Below are positions 36,364 through 45,984 of a stretch of 64,000 bases of DNA, in pieces. The position numbers and the translations under genes were made by a program. The number at the start of each line of letters is the position of its first letter. Position 1 is the first letter of the stretch. The DNA is taken from the IMG/VR virus record IMGVR_UViG_3300025706_000025. One strand, 5' to 3'. This stretch comes from an uncultured virus (IMG/VR IMGVR_UViG_3300025706_000025). Lineage: Duplodnaviria > Heunggongvirae > Uroviricota > Caudoviricetes. Below the pieces are notes generated by a model. That model did no database searches, was not told where the DNA came from, and saw only the letters and a list, made by a program, of their open reading frames with translations.

Positions 36364-37941
36364 TCAGTACACCCTGAAATCGCTTATATAGCTGGACCCA
36401 TTCCAAACTGCGCCACCTGCATGAAGGTCACTTGTCGCGCTGCTGCTTGTCCCCGGCGTAATGTCCGTCCATGATCCACCTCCAATTACCGGGTACTGTG
36501 TTCCGCCCTGAATCGAGTAAGTGGCACCGCCGCCGGAAAGAGCGCGAATCTTGACTCGATACGCGATGCCTTCAGTAAATCCGCTACCAACTGTCCCTCT
36601 ACCCGTTCCGTTTTCAAAAACATTGATAACGCCAGAGCCTGCAAAATTTACAGCATGTGCCATGTCGGAATAGTTGATACCTGCCCCGGTGTTCCACCCA
36701 ACCATTCCGTATCCGCTGCCCCCTTGGTCAATTCCGGGGAAGAAATCTACAACAACCGTTGGTTGACCGCTTCTGGCATGGCTTCCTTGCTCATAAAGCC
36801 CGTTCGTATTCCATGCGGCGTTTCCGAAAAACTTGCACCACTGGTACGTCGTGTCGATTTCGACGTTGCCTGCGGTTGATTGTGTCCGCGTCCATGTGGT
36901 CGCGGTGTCTAGCGAAGCTCCCATAAAATCGTCGCGGAATGTATAACTTGCCGATACTGGATCGGCAATAACAGACCAGTCGGACGGACACAATACGAAC
37001 GAAATTGACCCGCTGGCCGCACCTCCTGTTGAGGTTCCAAGCCCAGACGCAATGTTTCCGGCAACACGCTTGCTGATCGCCATAGATAATTGGTTTCCAA
37101 CGCGATTGAAATCAGCGTCGTTTATTTCATCCCATAGATTTATTCCAGCGGTGCCGTATGACCCATACGCGCCAGTACGATACTTAAGAATAAGCCATGT
37201 CAGGTTGAATGTCGTATTTTGAACAATGATCGCGCCGTACGGTCCAGGAAGGAATGGCTTCTCTTGTTCCGCAGCAGTGATTTGCACGTTCCTAAGCGGC
37301 AATTCTGCCATCTGCTCCAGCCGAGAATAATACGTAGTCCACGGGTCTGAATAAGTTGGCGCAATGGGGTCGATCACTATTGCAGCAGAACCGGCGTCTA
37401 ACCCAACAAGCGTTGTGTCTCTCATGGAAAGAAACCGCTGTGGGTTCCGTTGTTCCATTCTTCCTGCACTACCGAGTCGGGTGTTGTAGCTCGCCAAAAG
37501 CATCTTTGTTTCTGACGAGCCAACTGCGTAGGAAAACGCCCCTGTTTTTAAGGACTCAATAGCATCCGGCTCAAGCGACGCGGCTAGGTATTTTGCGTAC
37601 CCCTCTCCGGAAAAAATTCTAGTTCCTTGTAGCGCCGTCATCGTCACAAATACACGCTTGTCGCCAGCCGCAAAGCTTACCAAAGCATCTGAATTGCTAG
37701 ACGCCAAGACCGTTGTTCGCGTCAGCGTATTTGCCGCCGAGTAGGTTCCGAGGCCGATTTCCCACGCTCCTGTTGGCGTTCCCCCAGAAGTACATTCGTT
37801 TATCCCGTAGTACAGCGTGTCTCCGGTACTGTACCGACTGGCAAAGGTGGAAAACCCCGTAACCGCACCAGCAAGGGTTATGTCACCTGTACCCGTCGTC
37901 GTCGCCGTTTCCTGCACACGATCAAATAGCTTGAAGGCCAT
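36364..37941 (-). CDS. putative tail fibre protein
   Basis: DRVQET.TTTGTG.ITL.GA..GF..F...WEIG.GTY N-terminal anchor domain. Confidence 0.65.
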   Translation of the reverse strand: MAFKLFDRVQETATTTGTGDITLAGAVTGFSTFASRYSTGDTLYYGINECTSGGTPTGAWEIGLGTYSAANTLTRTTVLASSNSDALVSFAAGDKRVFVTMTALQGTRIFSGEGYAKYLAASLEPDAIESLKTGAFSYAVGSSETKMLLASYNTRLGSAGRMEQRNPQRFLSMRDTTLVGLDAGSAAIVIDPIAPTYSDPWTTYYSRLEQMAELPLRNVQITAAEQEKPFLPGPYGAIIVQNTTFNLTWLILKYRTGAYGSYGTAGINLWDEINDADFNRVGNQLSMAISKRVAGNIASGLGTSTGGAASGSISFVLCPSDWSVIADPVSASYTFRDDFMGASLDTATTWTRTQSTAGNVEIDTTYQWCKFFGNAAWNTNGLYEQGSHARSGQPTVVVDFFPGIDQGGSGYGMVGWNTGAGINYSDMAHAVNFAGSGVINVFENGTGRGTVGSGFTEGIAYRVKIRALSGGGATYSIQGGTQYPVIGGGSWTDITPGTSSSATSDLHAGGAVWNGSSYISDFRVY

Positions 37942-37950
37942 AACGAGTCC

Positions 37951-38361
37951 TTACAGGGTAATGGTTCCGGCACTGATTTGCAGCGGGCCACCAATGACAA
38001 CACTAGTCGTATTCATCTGCATCGAACCACCGCCACCAGTTCCGGTGATGTCTAGGTCACATACCGTAACCCCTGCACTATCTGCAATGCGCGCCCATGC
38101 TGCCGTTCCGGTAGCGTCAGCCGACGTGTCCTGAGTAATACCGGAGAACGTAAACACGCCGCCAGTCGGCGTAGCGCCAGAAGGGTCTGTACAGGTCAGC
38201 GTACCGAGAAGCACTTGCGCACCAATAGCGTCTGAAGGAAGCGTCGCCATCGGCGAGGTGTAAATCTTGATCGTCCCTGCCCCGGAACCGGCGTCAATCG
38301 CGTCACGAATCGGGGTGAGCATGGAGTTTTTGACGGTTGTTGCGATACGGATAATTGCCAT
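37951..38361 (-). CDS. virion structural protein
   Basis: IDAG.G.GTIKIY...ADATGTAAWARI.DS. Confidence 0.65.
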   Translation of the reverse strand: MAIIRIATTVKNSMLTPIRDAIDAGSGAGTIKIYTSPMATLPSDAIGAQVLLGTLTCTDPSGATPTGGVFTFSGITQDTSADATGTAAWARIADSAGVTVCDLDITGTGGGGSMQMNTTSVVIGGPLQISAGTITL

Positions 38362-38379
38362 GATGTTGCTCCTTGTGGA

Positions 38380-38751
38380 TCAGGTTTTCTTGCGGTGTGC
38401 AATCACAGAATTGACTGCGGTCTGAACAACGGTTTCTTTGCTGCTGCGGACAAGTGCGAATACTTCTTCGGGTTGGGTGAAGCTGTAAGTAGTGTTTTGC
38501 GGGATAACTACATAGGCAGCGCCGGTCCTGAATGCTTTCTTTGGGACAGAAGCACGTGGCGCGACTTGCGTTTTCTCGACAGGAGCGCGGATCGCCTTGC
38601 GCTGCACAAAGACTTCAGGCTGCGATGTTATCACGCGAACGGTTCCACTGAAGAACGAATCTCCTGCCCCGGCCTGAATCGCCAGAAGGTGTGCCAAGGC
38701 ACTGCCGGTAGGCAGGCCGGATAGAGAGACAAGTTGCTCGCCGGTATTCAT
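38380..38751 (-). CDS. hypothetical virion-module protein
   Basis: ATGA coupling. Confidence 0.55.
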   Translation of the reverse strand: MNTGEQLVSLSGLPTGSALAHLLAIQAGAGDSFFSGTVRVITSQPEVFVQRKAIRAPVEKTQVAPRASVPKKAFRTGAAYVVIPQNTTYSFTQPEEVFALVRSSKETVVQTAVNSVIAHRKKT

Positions 38752-39677
38752 GGGAGCGTCTTCGCCCACGTGGCATCGGCGATTGCTTCACGTTCGGCGG
38801 CCGGCATTGAACGGAGCGCGTATTCCCAAACCGTTTGTGCTAGGGCATCCATATCAACGCCTCCTGAAGACGCCGTATTCAGTTTGTTGCCCATCGTGCC
38901 GGCATCGTTGTAGTCTGCCGCAAGCGCGTTCCACAAAGCCACTGCAATGCTGTCTGCTGTCAGTTCCGTCGCCACATCCGTCGTGCCGATCATGCTGCCG
39001 ATGGCGTATGGGGTAAGCGCACCAGAAAACGTGATTACTGCCGATCCAGTACGAGCCGGCGGCGTATCGTCAGTCGGAAGTATTGATCCAGCGATAGAAA
39101 ACGACAGGGTTGCAGACCCGACCGCACTTGCTTCTGCGCCAAGAACGGGATTGTTCGTCGTTACCGAAAATGAGGTAGAACCGTCTCCGCTGATCGACGC
39201 CGTAAGCAACGGCGTATTGGTGGAAATCTCCATGCTCGCAGAGCCGGAACCGGAGGAAATAAGCTGTCCCGTTGCGTCGAGGATCGATATTGAAAACGAG
39301 GCCGATGCGGTTCTTACCGGAGAGGTGTCATCGACCGGGAGAATGTCTGCGTCAGGAACAGAAAACGAAAACGCAGCGCTGCCGACAACGGGGAAGCCCA
39401 TCACGCCGGTAGCCGAAGTGGAGAACGTAATCTCTGCCTCGTTCCGCGAGGACATATCGCCGGACTTCTGCGGCATCATCCATGCGGACGGGTGCAAATG
39501 ACCGGAGGGTTTTGCGGCAAAGTTGCTACCTATCCCATCACCGACAAACTGATTCCTGATCGGCGCGGCTTGATTGAAGCGATTCAGCAGAACGGACGGG
39601 TTGGCCCCGTCAAGCGCCGTAGCGCCGAACAGTTTGCCTTTCAGCATGTGCCGGTATCCGTTTTGCAGAAGGCCCAT
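38748..39677 (-). CDS. virion structural protein
   Basis: Ser/Ala/Thr-rich, internal repeat ILP.DDT.P.RT.SA. Confidence 0.6.
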   Translation of the reverse strand: MGLLQNGYRHMLKGKLFGATALDGANPSVLLNRFNQAAPIRNQFVGDGIGSNFAAKPSGHLHPSAWMMPQKSGDMSSRNEAEITFSTSATGVMGFPVVGSAAFSFSVPDADILPVDDTSPVRTASASFSISILDATGQLISSGSGSASMEISTNTPLLTASISGDGSTSFSVTTNNPVLGAEASAVGSATLSFSIAGSILPTDDTPPARTGSAVITFSGALTPYAIGSMIGTTDVATELTADSIAVALWNALAADYNDAGTMGNKLNTASSGGVDMDALAQTVWEYALRSMPAAEREAIADATWAKTLP

Positions 39678-39679
39678 AA

Positions 39680-40585
39680 TCAGCCACCAAACCCATAGTC
39701 AAAGTTGGCATATACCGTCGCTGCCGCGGTCGTTGCGCCCGTGCCGAACACAAGGAACGTGACGTTTGCGCCATTGCGCAGTTTCGGGAAGCTCGGCAGG
39801 GTATTGACGAAATCCAGAATGTTGTACAAGCCCGTTGCAGGGACGGGGATAGGCATGGAGAGCGGCTTGCACAGGCCGACAAAGACCGAGCCGGAGGCAT
39901 GGGCGGTGCCGCCCCAGATTACGGACTCAATGTCTTTCACGCCCGTATCGCCAGCGGCCAGCGGCAGGAATGGACCATACTTGTTCGCGGCATTGCCAGA
40001 GTTCAGGACCGTGCCCGATGTTGCCGAGGCGGTCGAGACGCAGCCCGACGTCGTGACCTTGCCCGTCGCGCCTGCGCTGTTGGTGTATGTGACTTGCATG
40101 GTCGGCGCATTGGCGCCCATTGCCGCATAGGAAGCAATGAACAATCGCAGTCCTTCGCCGTTGGCGTAGCGGTCCACGTTCGCCGCCGTGTTGCTGATCG
40201 GCGTCATCGTGATGGCCTTGGTGCCGGTCGTAGATACATTGGTCGTCGTTAGCTTGGCATAACCTACGAGGTCAATCGGCAGCACGAACCACGGGGCGCC
40301 GGCTGCGGCAACAACGGAAGCGCCCATCGACAGAATGTGTTTGGTCGCCGGCGAAGTCTGGTCGCCGATTGGGATAGCCCCTTCCGACCACGTATTGTCG
40401 GTTGCGGTAAACGTCGCCTCCGTTCCGCCGAACGTCGCCGCAGGAATCGAACCAGCAGAGTTCAACAGGTGTTGCCAGTGCCCCGCTTGACCAACGGCCA
40501 CAGAGGTTTTCTGATAGACAATGGATTCGAGCTTTCCATTCGTCGTGATTTGGTTCGTCAGGTCGTCAGCAGAAGTCCAGCCCAT
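39680..40585 (-). CDS. virion structural protein (paralogue of upstream gene)
   Basis: GGAG RBS; TYTN.AG..G, PFLPLAAGDTGVKDIESV. Confidence 0.7.
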   Translation of the reverse strand: MGWTSADDLTNQITTNGKLESIVYQKTSVAVGQAGHWQHLLNSAGSIPAATFGGTEATFTATDNTWSEGAIPIGDQTSPATKHILSMGASVVAAAGAPWFVLPIDLVGYAKLTTTNVSTTGTKAITMTPISNTAANVDRYANGEGLRLFIASYAAMGANAPTMQVTYTNSAGATGKVTTSGCVSTASATSGTVLNSGNAANKYGPFLPLAAGDTGVKDIESVIWGGTAHASGSVFVGLCKPLSMPIPVPATGLYNILDFVNTLPSFPKLRNGANVTFLVFGTGATTAAATVYANFDYGFGG

Positions 40586-40586
40586 G

Positions 40587-41495
40587 TTAGCTCCAATGCG
40601 TTTCGAGAACGCCCGTAAGAATTGAGGATGCAAGCGTTCCCGCGTTGCCTAGCGAAACAATGCCTAGAACCCGGCCATCAATAAGTTCAGCGGGCGGGCG
40701 GTGGATGATGCTTTCAACCTGCGACGCCGCCCCGTAGCTTTCGAGGTTTCCGGATGTGGTACGCCGGCATTCCTGCGTACTGACAAAGTGCATCAAAGGC
40801 TTGACCAGAACGAGCGCCATCAGCCCGCCACCCGCAGCAGAGAACGTGACGGACTGGATAGACCGTACTCCAGTATCGCCGGCTTGCAGTTGGATGAATG
40901 GCTGCGAACCAGTCACGGCGGCCTTGGTGCTGCTGACCAGCGTTCCGCCGCCGGCGACGACCTTGGTATAGGTGACATCCGAGACGCGCCCGGCGACGCC
41001 GGCCTGATTCGTGTAACTGACGGTAAAGGTGCCGACCGCCGACGAAGCCGACTGCGACACGGCCATCATCATCACGCCTTGGCCAGATATGTATCGCGTC
41101 AATGCCGCCGTCTGAATCATTTCCTGCAATTCGCCTACCGCGTCCGTATCGACAAACGGGTAGTAGAGCAAGTAGTCGCACAAAACCATTCGCTGATTCT
41201 GGTTTGTGGTTCCCGTCGCGGATGCCGCCGCCGACATGACCGTAATGCTCTTGACGAACTGCTTCATCGGAGAAACATTCGGCACATGGATACCGCGAAT
41301 ATCTTCTACAGGTGAAGCAACTAGCGGCGCGGAAGCATAAAAGTTCGCAGGCGGGTTCCCGGCAAAGTAGGTGTAGTCTATAAAGTCGTTCGCAACTGTC
41401 GCAGCAGATGCAACCTGTTTGCGAAATGTCGTTACATGGTATCTGCCCAGATCGGGTGCAGAAGCCCATGCTTTGACGTTGCGAAATCCAGCCAC
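40587..41495 (-). CDS. virion structural protein
   Basis: SYTNQAGVAGR, PFIQLQAGDTGVRSIQSV. Confidence 0.7.
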   Translation of the reverse strand: MAGFRNVKAWASAPDLGRYHVTTFRKQVASAATVANDFIDYTYFAGNPPANFYASAPLVASPVEDIRGIHVPNVSPMKQFVKSITVMSAAASATGTTNQNQRMVLCDYLLYYPFVDTDAVGELQEMIQTAALTRYISGQGVMMMAVSQSASSAVGTFTVSYTNQAGVAGRVSDVTYTKVVAGGGTLVSSTKAAVTGSQPFIQLQAGDTGVRSIQSVTFSAAGGGLMALVLVKPLMHFVSTQECRRTTSGNLESYGAASQVESIIHRPPAELIDGRVLGIVSLGNAGTLASSILTGVLETHWS

Positions 41496-41500
41496 AAGAA

Positions 41501-41905
41501 TCAGTCCGCCGTTACAGTCAGTGCGGCAGCGGCGAACTGCGGCTGAATGCCAGCAGATACGTTCAGGGTTGCCGACAACGCGCCAGAAATCATTTGCGCC
41601 ACTGCGCCAGAGGGCGTATCGACTACGGCAAAGTTGGTGATCGCATTTGTTCCAGCGGTACAGGCACCGAACTGAATCAGCGCGGCATTCGTGAAGGATG
41701 AACCGCCATCAGTCCATGCGCTCGACTTGGTAAGTGCAACGCGGGCGTATCCGGTGTAATCCGCTTCGGCAGCAAGCGATCCTGCTTCGCCGGGGTCGGC
41801 AGTAAAGAGCGCCAAATACTGCGTAGCGCCCGCGCGATAGGCCGGGTCAGTGCCCTGAAGGTGCAACTTCAGCGTCGCGTTTTCTGTGGTGTTGGAAAGG
41901 CTCAT
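41501..41905 (-). CDS. virion/tail-fibre-associated protein
   Basis: YLALFTADPGE.G...E..YTGYARV. Confidence 0.7.
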   Translation of the reverse strand: MSLSNTTENATLKLHLQGTDPAYRAGATQYLALFTADPGEAGSLAAEADYTGYARVALTKSSAWTDGGSSFTNAALIQFGACTAGTNAITNFAVVDTPSGAVAQMISGALSATLNVSAGIQPQFAAAALTVTAD

Positions 41906-41920
41906 TGAGTGCTCCTTGGG

Positions 41921-42553
41921 TTAAGTCGTTACTTCGCCGGCTACTCGGACGGCATCGGGTTCGTCTTGCTCGCCTTGCGTCAGCTTAAGTTTCGTCACCA
42001 CGCCGCCGGAAGAAACAAGCTCGAGATCAGCCACGCCCTTCTTTGCGATTAGCGCCGCGGTATCCGTAGCTGAAATAGTCAGGGTGATAGTCTTTGTGGC
42101 GTTATCCACCGCAATATCTATGATGTCGAGTGGCGTATCCGCAACATCCGAAGAGGCCCATATGGTGCCTCCGATCTTGTCCTTGATGTCCATCCGTGCC
42201 GTGTAACCAGAAAGGCTTTGCGGCGTGTAGAACATCAGGAATCCACCCGATGTGTACGCCGACCATGCGCGCCCGTTATCATCGACCGGCGTAACCGAGT
42301 TGAACTCGACTGTGTTGGCGTCGATCACGGTCATGGACTGATAACCGATGTCGTTTAGTTGCTTCATGCCTTCGACGGCGTAGGGCGTACCGCGCCATCC
42401 GTCCGGCGCGCCGTGCGACGTTACCGTGAGCCGTGGGGCGCCAGTAGCGAGGGATACCGCCGTAATCGCCTTGCGGACAACCGGTTCAGTTTCCCACCGC
42501 ACGACTAGGGTAAAGGTCTTGCCCTTCTGGATCAGGATTTCTTTAGTGGCCAT
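41921..42553 (-). CDS. virion structural protein
   Basis: I.IQKG.TF...LSGYTARM.IK..DLELV. Confidence 0.65.
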   Translation of the reverse strand: MATKEILIQKGKTFTLVVRWETEPVVRKAITAVSLATGAPRLTVTSHGAPDGWRGTPYAVEGMKQLNDIGYQSMTVIDANTVEFNSVTPVDDNGRAWSAYTSGGFLMFYTPQSLSGYTARMDIKDKIGGTIWASSDVADTPLDIIDIAVDNATKTITLTISATDTAALIAKKGVADLELVSSGGVVTKLKLTQGEQDEPDAVRVAGEVTT

Positions 42554-42578
42554 GTCATTTCTCTGAGAAAATCCGTCA

Positions 42579-42821
42579 TTACGCGTCCTTCACAATCGCG
42601 GCAGAGATGTGTTCGGCCACTACGACAAGCATACCACACGCAGCAGTTAATTCGGCGCGCGGTTGCTTCAGTACGCCCTCGGCAAATGACGAATTCTCAA
42701 TGTTGTCAGGTAAGTCCTGAATATCTTGGCGCTCGTCGTTGAGCAACGCAGTAAGTTGCTCCGTCACTGCCCCGAGCGTTATTGCCAGTTGTTCCAGTTT
42801 GGCGCGCCTGATCTCGTTCAT
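42579..42821 (-). CDS. hypothetical protein
   Basis: ATGA coupling with Rz. Confidence 0.55.
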   Translation of the reverse strand: MNEIRRAKLEQLAITLGAVTEQLTALLNDERQDIQDLPDNIENSSFAEGVLKQPRAELTAACGMLVVVAEHISAAIVKDA

Positions 42822-43291
42822 CGTAAGCCCTCTATGTATCGCTGGAGAAAATTGGCCGTCAAGGTTGTTTCGGCGCAATCCGCCGCAACTCGCTCGGGAG
42901 AAGGTATTGGGTCGGCGCCGGCTCCAACAGTCGTTTGTCCAGTTGCGGCAGGGGCGGACACTCCACTGCCACTGGAATTTGTTCGGGCGGTGTAGCGCAG
43001 CTTGCGAGCGTTGTCAGCGCGAACAACATCGAGAGCAGCGGCCCAGCCTTTAATCGTCGCATCTGCATTCCTTTCGTTGAATTCTTTGTCGGCCTTGGCT
43101 TTGTCAGCGGCAATATCACCGGCCGCTTTGGTCTTCAGTACAAAAGCACTATGCTTCTCCTGACATGTTTCCAGCTTGGTCTGATACGCGTCGGATTCAA
43201 CTGAGTTCAGCCACCACATGCCGCCGGCGAACAGGTTGGTGCAGATCAGCCCGAGGATAACGTAGAAGTGGATCGGGTTCAGGCCGAACAT
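42818..43291 (-). CDS. Rz-like inner-membrane spanin
   Basis: N-terminal TM, coiled coil, follows lysozyme. Confidence 0.75.
   Translation of the reverse strand: MFGLNPIHFYVILGLICTNLFAGGMWWLNSVESDAYQTKLETCQEKHSAFVLKTKAAGDIAADKAKADKEFNERNADATIKGWAAALDVVRADNARKLRYTARTNSSGSGVSAPAATGQTTVGAGADPIPSPERVAADCAETTLTANFLQRYIEGLR
42859..43062 (-). CDS. Rz1-like outer-membrane lipoprotein spanin, embedded in Rz
   Basis: lipobox LASC, Pro-rich mature part, AAGGA RBS. Confidence 0.78.
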   Translation of the reverse strand: MRRLKAGPLLSMLFALTTLASCATPPEQIPVAVECPPLPQLDKRLLEPAPTQYLLPSELRRIAPKQP

Positions 43292-43803
43292 TATTCAGGC
43301 TCCCCGAGGCATATCTCGTGCGTTTCAAGTCGGTCAAGCCACACACCGTAGCACCCGTTCGAGCGGACGCTGCAATCCTTACCGACGGCTTTCTTGAAGT
43401 CGAGTATCGTGTCGCACGCGGCCTTGTAATCTCCTCGCTGCGCCTTCGGCACAATCGAAGAGTTGCAAACCTTGGCCGGGCCGACGTTATGCGCCAGCCG
43501 CACGTAGGCGTCCCACTCCCGCTGGTACAGCTGGGTGTCGTGACCGAAGCACTTACGCAGTTGCGGCTCGTCCTTGCCGATGTGCGTGACGGCGAGGCGA
43601 ACGGCTTTTGGCGGCGTGATCGTCGTCTGCATCGTCACTGGCGAGCCGTCCTCTTTGAACGTCGATCCAAAGCCAACGGTAGGCCGGTCGCCGGGGATCG
43701 GTATAACCGCGCGGTCCGTGTAGCCTTCCTTCGCAATGATTCCGACGAGAGCAACGGCGGAAAGGGTCAGGACAGCAACGGACGAGCGCGCGGGCTTAAT
43801 CAT
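43291..43803 (-). CDS. GH24 lysozyme, SAR-type endolysin
   Basis: Ala-rich N-terminal TM then EGY...D.PTVGFGST, NVG. Confidence 0.88.
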   Translation of the reverse strand: MIKPARSSVAVLTLSAVALVGIIAKEGYTDRAVIPIPGDRPTVGFGSTFKEDGSPVTMQTTITPPKAVRLAVTHIGKDEPQLRKCFGHDTQLYQREWDAYVRLAHNVGPAKVCNSSIVPKAQRGDYKAACDTILDFKKAVGKDCSVRSNGCYGVWLDRLETHEICLGEPE

Positions 43804-43985
43804 GGCGAAACCTCTGTCTTATCGGTTGCCTTCTGCGCTACGTTCGCCCCGACATAAACCGTCAGCGCGAGGGAAACCACCGTGACCCACATGCCGCCGT
43901 CGATCAGCTCGAACCAGCGCAGGCCGGTAGCCAGCAACACAATCAGCAACGTCAGGAGGAATTTGCGCGAGCCGTATTTAATCAT
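43800..43985 (-). CDS. holin-like membrane protein
   Basis: SRKF plus two TM segments. Confidence 0.6.
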   Translation of the reverse strand: MIKYGSRKFLLTLLIVLLATGLRWFELIDGGMWVTVVSLALTVYVGANVAQKATDKTEVSP

Positions 43986-44190
43986 CGTTCATGTTCTTCT
44001 GGAATTTGATTCTCGCCACCATGGCGCCGACTACAACAAGCGCGGCGATAATTGCCATCGGTCGTTTCGCCAATTCGTCGTTAAAGAACGGCATCGCGGC
44101 TTCCGCGCCGATGAACACGAAACCGATCGCGTTGAGGCGAAAGCTCCACGCTTTCTTGACGATGCGTTTCCAGTCAGGAAGCAATTTCAT
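43978..44190 (-). CDS. holin-like membrane protein
   Basis: L.PDWKR..KKAWS.RL, two TM, ARI..Q. Confidence 0.6.
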   Translation of the reverse strand: MKLLPDWKRIVKKAWSFRLNAIGFVFIGAEAAMPFFNDELAKRPMAIIAALVVVGAMVARIKFQKNMNDD

Positions 44191-44600
44191 TCGACCTCCA
44201 ACCAAGTCTCGATGCCGAGTTCAGCGGCGTCATCAATCGTGTCGATGATCATATTCACTGTCGGCGCGCTCTTTGCAACGCCGGTAGCGGTCTTGTACTG
44301 GCCGACAAGGATGCAGCCATTGAAGTCGTATGCGGTGTTGCCGCCGTGAATACGGACGCCGGAGAAACCCGGCACGTCGAGAACTTCGGGCAGTACGCGG
44401 CCGAAGCGCGGCGCCATTGACGTAACCAAGCGGTACTTGCCGCGCGGGATCGCTACTTTGTCCAAAGCGTCGCCGCCCGACCGAGCGTCGTTCCCTTCGA
44501 CCGTGTGACAGAACGTCACGCCGTCGAGAAACATTCGCCCGCGCGTGAAGTCCTCATGCGCGACAGGGCGAGTGCGAACCAGTTTGAAGACCTGTTTCAT
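44187..44600 (-). CDS. DUF5675-like protein (putative cell-wall enzyme)
   Basis: T.G.MFLDG..FC.T.E, AIP.G.Y, VPGFSGVRIHGGN...GCILVG. Confidence 0.8.
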   Translation of the reverse strand: MKQVFKLVRTRPVAHEDFTRGRMFLDGVTFCHTVEGNDARSGGDALDKVAIPRGKYRLVTSMAPRFGRVLPEVLDVPGFSGVRIHGGNTAYDFNGCILVGQYKTATGVAKSAPTVNMIIDTIDDAAELGIETWLEVE

Positions 44601-44857
44601 TTGTCGACCTTCATGTCGAGCTTGGTCTCGATGCGATCCAGTTTGGCGAAGATAGCGACGATGCTTCGGTCAAGATCATCTCGCCGCACGTAGTTGCCGG
44701 CGACCAGCACTTCGATGGCCTGCACTTTGTCAGTCAATGAGCTGTCGGCGGTTTGCAAGTGCGAGATCGCATCGTGCAGCCCTTTTAGTACCCACCCGCC
44801 CATTGCTGCGGCGAACAACACTACGACGTTGAAGATGTTCTGCATTGTGGCGTCCAT
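44597..44857 (-). CDS. small membrane-anchored coiled-coil protein
   Basis: one TM, YVRRDD, KLDRIETKLD.K.DK. Confidence 0.65.
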   Translation of the reverse strand: MDATMQNIFNVVVLFAAAMGGWVLKGLHDAISHLQTADSSLTDKVQAIEVLVAGNYVRRDDLDRSIVAIFAKLDRIETKLDMKVDK

Positions 44858-45549
44858 CAGAGACCTCCGTAGGTGACCACTCGGGTCTTGTGTTTGTAAC
44901 GCTCCCACTCCGCCGTCGCCATCTTGCAATACGCCTCAAAGAGCTTTCCGTATTCGTCCGACCGCCCCTTGTCGAATGTGTCGGCGTCGGCCTTCCGGTA
45001 TGCGAGGTGCTGCATCCAAAGGCACAGATGCGTGTGGTGCTCTTCGCCTACTTCATCGAAAGCGAAGTCCATGTCCGGGCTTTCCGGATCGAGCGCCGTC
45101 GCCGGCAAGCGATAGATGAACAGTTGCACTTCGTCGTCAGCTGTCGGAACCTGCACCCACTTCGCAACATTCCGCTGGGCACCGATGATCATGTAGCGCA
45201 CAGGACCGGGCGTGCTGTCCAAGAACAAAGGACGGGTGCGACCGTAATCAGTGCTTTGCGAGAAGGTCATGTCCGACTGATTGATGACCTCGATCTTGGC
45301 TTCGTCAGACAGGCGGTATGCTTCCATGACGCGCAAAATTCGCGAGTCCATCGGGGACGTAGCGTCGCCGGCGGTGATGGCGACGCGAGATAGGGCTGAA
45401 GTGAAATCGGCAATGCCGCCCGTGAGCCGCACGAACATACGGTACGCGTCGTTCATGTAGCGAACGACATCTTTCTCCGACCACAAATACGGCAACGCCG
45501 TATCCACCATGTCGGAACGGAATTGGTCGTACAGCTCTTGGGCGTTCAT
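44857..45549 (-). CDS. head-tail adaptor protein
   Basis: FR.D..D...PYLWS......YMNDA; position after capsid genes. Confidence 0.65.
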   Translation of the reverse strand: MNAQELYDQFRSDMVDTALPYLWSEKDVVRYMNDAYRMFVRLTGGIADFTSALSRVAITAGDATSPMDSRILRVMEAYRLSDEAKIEVINQSDMTFSQSTDYGRTRPLFLDSTPGPVRYMIIGAQRNVAKWVQVPTADDEVQLFIYRLPATALDPESPDMDFAFDEVGEEHHTHLCLWMQHLAYRKADADTFDKGRSDEYGKLFEAYCKMATAEWERYKHKTRVVTYGGL

Positions 45550-45929
45550 TACGAGTTCTGCTCTTCGCGATAGACCGTCCAGAGTTCTTCGACTTCCTTC
45601 TTGTCCACTTCGAAGTCGTCGACGATCTTCTTCAGGGCCGCTACAGACGGAGCGCCTTGGCCGGTGAAGTCACCGCGGTGGTTGCGTTCTTGCAGGAATT
45701 TGAATGCCTTGATCAGCACCTCACGACGGTCGTCGGGGGTCAGTTCGGGCTTCTGCTCTTTTTCCGGGTCGAGGACATCGACCGTTTCGTCCATCGATAC
45801 TGCGCCGATCATCGTGACTTCCCGGCGGCAGACGGGCGGTACATAAACCGGCTCGCCCTTGACGAAGTTGATGATGTGGCCGCTGGTTGAGCGGTGCGTG
45901 TAGTTCCGATTCAGAATAAACTCAGACAT
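45549..45929 (-). CDS. hypothetical virion-module protein
   Basis: GGAG RBS, TAATG coupling. Confidence 0.65.
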   Translation of the reverse strand: MSEFILNRNYTHRSTSGHIINFVKGEPVYVPPVCRREVTMIGAVSMDETVDVLDPEKEQKPELTPDDRREVLIKAFKFLQERNHRGDFTGQGAPSVAALKKIVDDFEVDKKEVEELWTVYREEQNS

Positions 45930-45951
45930 TAGATATTTCTCCGAGGGATTG

Positions 45952-45975
45952 AAAGACGGGGGCCGTAGCCCCCGT
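45952..45975 (-). terminator. terminator after capsid/decoration genes
   Basis: ACGGGGGC-TACG-GCCCCCGT followed by CTTT on minus strand. Confidence 0.6.
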
Positions 45976-45984
45976 TGTTACTAC

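Noticed and set aside
32958..37941. Diversity-generating retroelement acting on tail fibres
   Set aside because: No reverse transcriptase or TR/VR repeat pair seen in the window
42859..43062. Nested Rz1 as a novel overlapping gene
   Set aside because: Embedded Rz/Rz1 is a well-known arrangement
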